The notes beneath the pieces were generated by a model that saw only the letters and a program-made list of their open reading frames with translations, ran no database searches and was not told the origin of the DNA. A stretch of DNA of 64,000 nucleotides from Dictyostelium discoideum. Taxonomy: Eukaryota. Positions 60,807 to 64,000 of the stretch are shown here, piece after piece. The stretch's first letter is position 1. Each line of letters begins with the position of its first letter. A program made the translations under genes and the position numbers. Location of the stretch: NCBI GenBank assembly GCA_000004695.1, contig CM000154.2, positions 4,352,001-4,416,000 on the forward strand. Direction: 5' to 3'.

Positions 60807-61490
60807 TTGATTCTTTATTGTGTAATTAATATTGATGTTTAATATAGGTAGCGGCCATGCAAGGTGCCCAATTTTGTAGTTTTTATAAAAAATAAAAAAA
60901 AAAAAAACGATTAAAAAAAAAAGTTAACAAATTTTAAAAAAAAAAAAATAAAAATAAAAAAAAAATAAAAAAAATAAAAATGAAAAAGAGGTGTTAGTAA
61001 TGAGGCGAAATTTGAGTTTTTTTTTTTTTTTTTTATGGATTTGGGGGGATAAAAAAAAAAATTCTAAATAACTTACCTGGTGATTTTGCATGTGGATAAT
61101 ATATGATGTTTGGTCAGAAAAAAAAAAAAAAAAAAAAAAAAACAACCCTGAAGTTATGTGGTATTTTTTTTTAAGTTTTCTTTATTTTTTTTATTAATTA
61201 ATGAATTTATCTTCCGACTAAGTTTAAGCAATAATCTGTGAAAAAAAAAAAAAAAAAACTAACTTTTTATTTTTTTTTTTTTATTAAAATTTTGAAAAGA
61301 CTTTTTATTTTTAAAAAGTTTTTTTTTTTTGATTTTTTGATATTTTTTTTTTTCTTTTAGTAAACGATTGGTTTTATTTCTATGGTGAATTTTGTAGTAA
61401 AACACACTTACAATTTTTTTTTTTTTTTTTTTGATAATTTAGTTTATAATTAAATTTTTTTTTTTTTTTTATAAATAATTAATTAATCTA

Positions 61491-61491
61491 A

Positions 61492-61547
<56 letters not shown>

Positions 61548-61548
61548 A
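61491..61548. repeat. (AAAT)~14 microsatellite.
   Basis: Direct reading of the sequence. Confidence 0.9.
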
Positions 61549-61749
61549 AATAAATAATTAATTAATAAATAAATAAATAAATTAATAAATAAAATATTAA
61601 TTAATTAATTAAATAGATTAATAAACAAAGTAAAGTTAAAAAAGTGGTTGGGTGTGATTTTTTATTTTTAAAAGATCTTATCAATGATAAGCCTTTGTTG
61701 TGTGTGTATGAAATTAATTGTTGAAATATGATTTTTTTTTTTTTGTTTT

Positions 61750-61783
<34 letters not shown>

Positions 61784-62506
61784 TTTATATTTTTTTTTAT
61801 TTTTTTATTTTTTTTTAATGATAAAATAATTTCTTTGAAAATGGAAAAATAAATAAATAAAAAAAATTATTTATTTTAATTTTTAAAATTTTTTTTTTAT
61901 TTTTTATTTTTTTTTTTTTTATTAATATAAAAAACAAATTAAAGGTGACTTTTCACTTTTAGGATTGTGAAGTTTTATTTTATTTTTATTTTTTCCAAAT
62001 TTATTAAAAAAAAAAGTATTACTATAAAAAAAAAAAAATCTAATTGTTGTTAAAATAGAAAAAACCTTAGATTTTAGAAAATTAATGAAATAAATTAAAA
62101 AAAGGAAAAAATGATTTGGCGTTTCTAAACACAAAAAAAAAAATAAAAAAATAAAAAAAAAAATAAAAAAGAAAACCATAAAATTTAAAAAAAAAAAAGA
62201 AAACCATAAAATTTAAAAAAAAAAATTAAAATAAACTTACTTCTTTTATTATATAAAAAATGGGATTCTAAAAAATTGAACAAATATTAATATTGAAAAT
62301 TATATATATATATATCTTTATAAATTTATATGTACAAAAAAAATAATACAGCTTTATTGAATAGAAATAATCTAAACTATAAAATAATAAATAAATAAAA
62401 TATTGAAAAGATAAATTAAACAAAAATAAATAAATAAATAAATAAATAGGTTTTTTTTTTTTTTTTTTTTTTTTTTCCAAAAAAAAAATTTGAAAAAAAA
62501 AATTAT

Positions 62507-62860
62507 TTGAAATTATATAATTTCTTTACCCTTGAAACTCGATTACCTTTAAAAAAAAAATTTAATTTAATAATATTATTATTTTTAAAAAAAAATAAAC
62601 TTTAGAATTTTAAACCCTATTTTAATTATTTCANNNNNNNNNNNNNNNNNNNNNNNNNNNNNNNNNNNNNNNNNNNNNNNNNNNNNNNNNNNNNNNNNNN
62701 NNNNNNNNNNNNNNNNNNNNNNNNNNNNNNNNNTATATAATTTCATTAACTTGAAACTCGAGTAACTATAAAAGAAGAATTTAAATTAATAATAATAATA
62801 ATATTAAAAAATAATAAAATATAGAAATTTAAAATCTATATTAATTAATTTAAAATAAAA
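62507..62860. repeat. Two diverged copies (about 80% identical) of a roughly 130-bp unit flank the gap (tatataatttc.tta.c.ttgaaactcga.ta.c...aatttaa.ttaataat...). This is a tandem duplication, and more copies may be hidden in the gap.
   Basis: I aligned 62507-62633 against 62734-62860 by eye. Confidence 0.6.
62634..62733. other. Assembly gap of 100 N.
   Basis: A run of n characters. Confidence 1.
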
Positions 62861-63166
62861 TAAAATAAATAAAACTTACCACACAAAAGATTTTTTATTA
62901 CTATTATTCATACAAATTCGTATATTAGATAATGTATTAATTTTTATAAAAAAAAAAAAATTATAAAAAAATAAAAAAACACTATATGATTTGGTTTAAG
63001 AAAATCACAAAAAAAAAAAAAAAAAACAGTCCAATCACACAAACATATATAATTTTTTTATTTAATTATATATGTGAATTTTTTAAATATTGATGATGTT
63101 GATGATTAATAAAAAAAAAAAAAATTAAAAAAATTTAAAATGATGGTTTTTTTTTTTTTTTTTTTT

Positions 63167-63225
63167 TTGTTGTTTGTTTTGTTTTGTTTTGTTTTGTTTT
63201 GTTTTGTTTTGTTTTGTTTTGTTGT
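63167..63225. repeat. (GTTTT)~10 microsatellite.
   Basis: Direct reading of the sequence. Confidence 0.9.
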
Positions 63226-63362
63226 TTTTTTTTCTGTATATTAATTGAACGTGTGCTTGTGTGTGAGTGATGAGGAAAATAAAATAAAATAAATAAAATA
63301 AAATAAATGATTAAAAAAAATAAAAATTTAAAAAAAAAAAAAATTAAAAAATAAAATAAAAA

Positions 63363-63411
<49 letters not shown>

Positions 63412-63874
63412 AAAAACAATTTAATGAAGGAATTAAATAATATTAATATTAATATTAATTAAATTAATTGATTATTGTTATTATTATAATTTAATCGTGT
63501 GTTATTATATAATTTTGTTTTATTTTATTTTATTTTATTTTTTTTTTTTTTTTTTTTTATTTTATTATTTTTTTTTTTTTTTTCATAATATTAAAATAGA
63601 GAAAGCTCTTTCCATATTAATTTTGTGAGTAACTGTGGGTGTGTGTAAAATTTAAAAGTTAAATGGGCTCAATGTTACCAATGTAAAAAATTTTATTATT
63701 TATAGTTGCCAATGTTTTTTAAACTGGCAAGGGGGATAATTTCATATTATTATTGAAAAAAAATTTTAAAAAATTATTTAATTTAATTAATTTTATGTAT
63801 AAAATGATTCAGTGTGTTACATTTTTGTTTAGCATTAGATAAATAATTTAATTAATCAACCTTTTTTTTTATTT

Positions 63875-63918
<44 letters not shown>

Positions 63919-64000
63919 GGAACAAGAAGTGGTATTTTTTTTATTTCAAAAAAAAGTGTATTTTATATATAAGTGGGTGTATTTCTGTGTGTGTGTGGTT

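Noticed and set aside
61067-61095. The plus-strand string acttacctggtg resembles the 5' end of U1 snRNA (AUACUUACCUGG).
   Set aside because: It is simply the reverse complement of a consensus 5' splice donor (CAG|GTAAGT) on the minus strand. Nothing downstream resembles the U1 stem-loops or an Sm site, and poly(A) follows.

Overview
This window is nuclear genomic DNA of a dictyostelid social amoeba (Dictyostelium discoideum-like), not prokaryotic DNA. It is extremely A+T-rich, with intergenic A/T homopolymers of up to about 50 nt. Coding regions carry in-frame (AAT)n/poly-Asn and poly-Gln tracts. Introns are short (roughly 75-260 nt), A/T-rich and GT..AG. I saw no rRNA, tRNA or CRISPR.

Several ORF-track entries are exons of the same gene. 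I joined them by hand using GTAAGT/GTATGT donors, (T)AG acceptors and frame continuity.

Annotated content, 5' to 3':
- the 3' end of an unknown gene;
- a minus-strand gene whose product is four near-identical ~125-aa NTF2/SnoaL-like repeats;
- a PAQR/hemolysin-III type 7TM receptor gene;
- a 22-kb tandem array (6.1-28.0 kb) of at least 7 same-strand paralogs of a two-exon gene. Exon 1 encodes a B-box-like zinc finger plus coiled coil; exon 2 encodes FNIP repeats. Four copies look intact. The others are frameshifted, truncated or split by an insertion carrying a Tc1/mariner-like transposase remnant;
- a Ser/Thr-rich coiled-coil gene;
- a two-exon TKL-like protein kinase gene;
- a single-exon tRNase Z (ELAC2-like) gene;
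- a diverged inverted copy of the B-box/FNIP gene;
- a three-exon secreted cysteine-rich gene built from duplicated exon modules;
- a four-exon UBE2O-like ubiquitin-conjugating enzyme gene;
- a three-exon Mpv17/PMP22 gene;
- an Asn-rich C2H2 zinc-finger gene;
- a four-exon gene for a large type-I transmembrane glycoprotein;
- a ribonuclease-inhibitor-type LRR gene;
- numerous microsatellites and a 100-N assembly gap inside a tandem duplication.

The most interesting structure is the B-box/FNIP array. It shows birth-and-death evolution, mosaic exon combinations between paralogs, a paralog-specific (AAT)57 expansion, and captured pseudo-exon fragments of the neighbouring gene.
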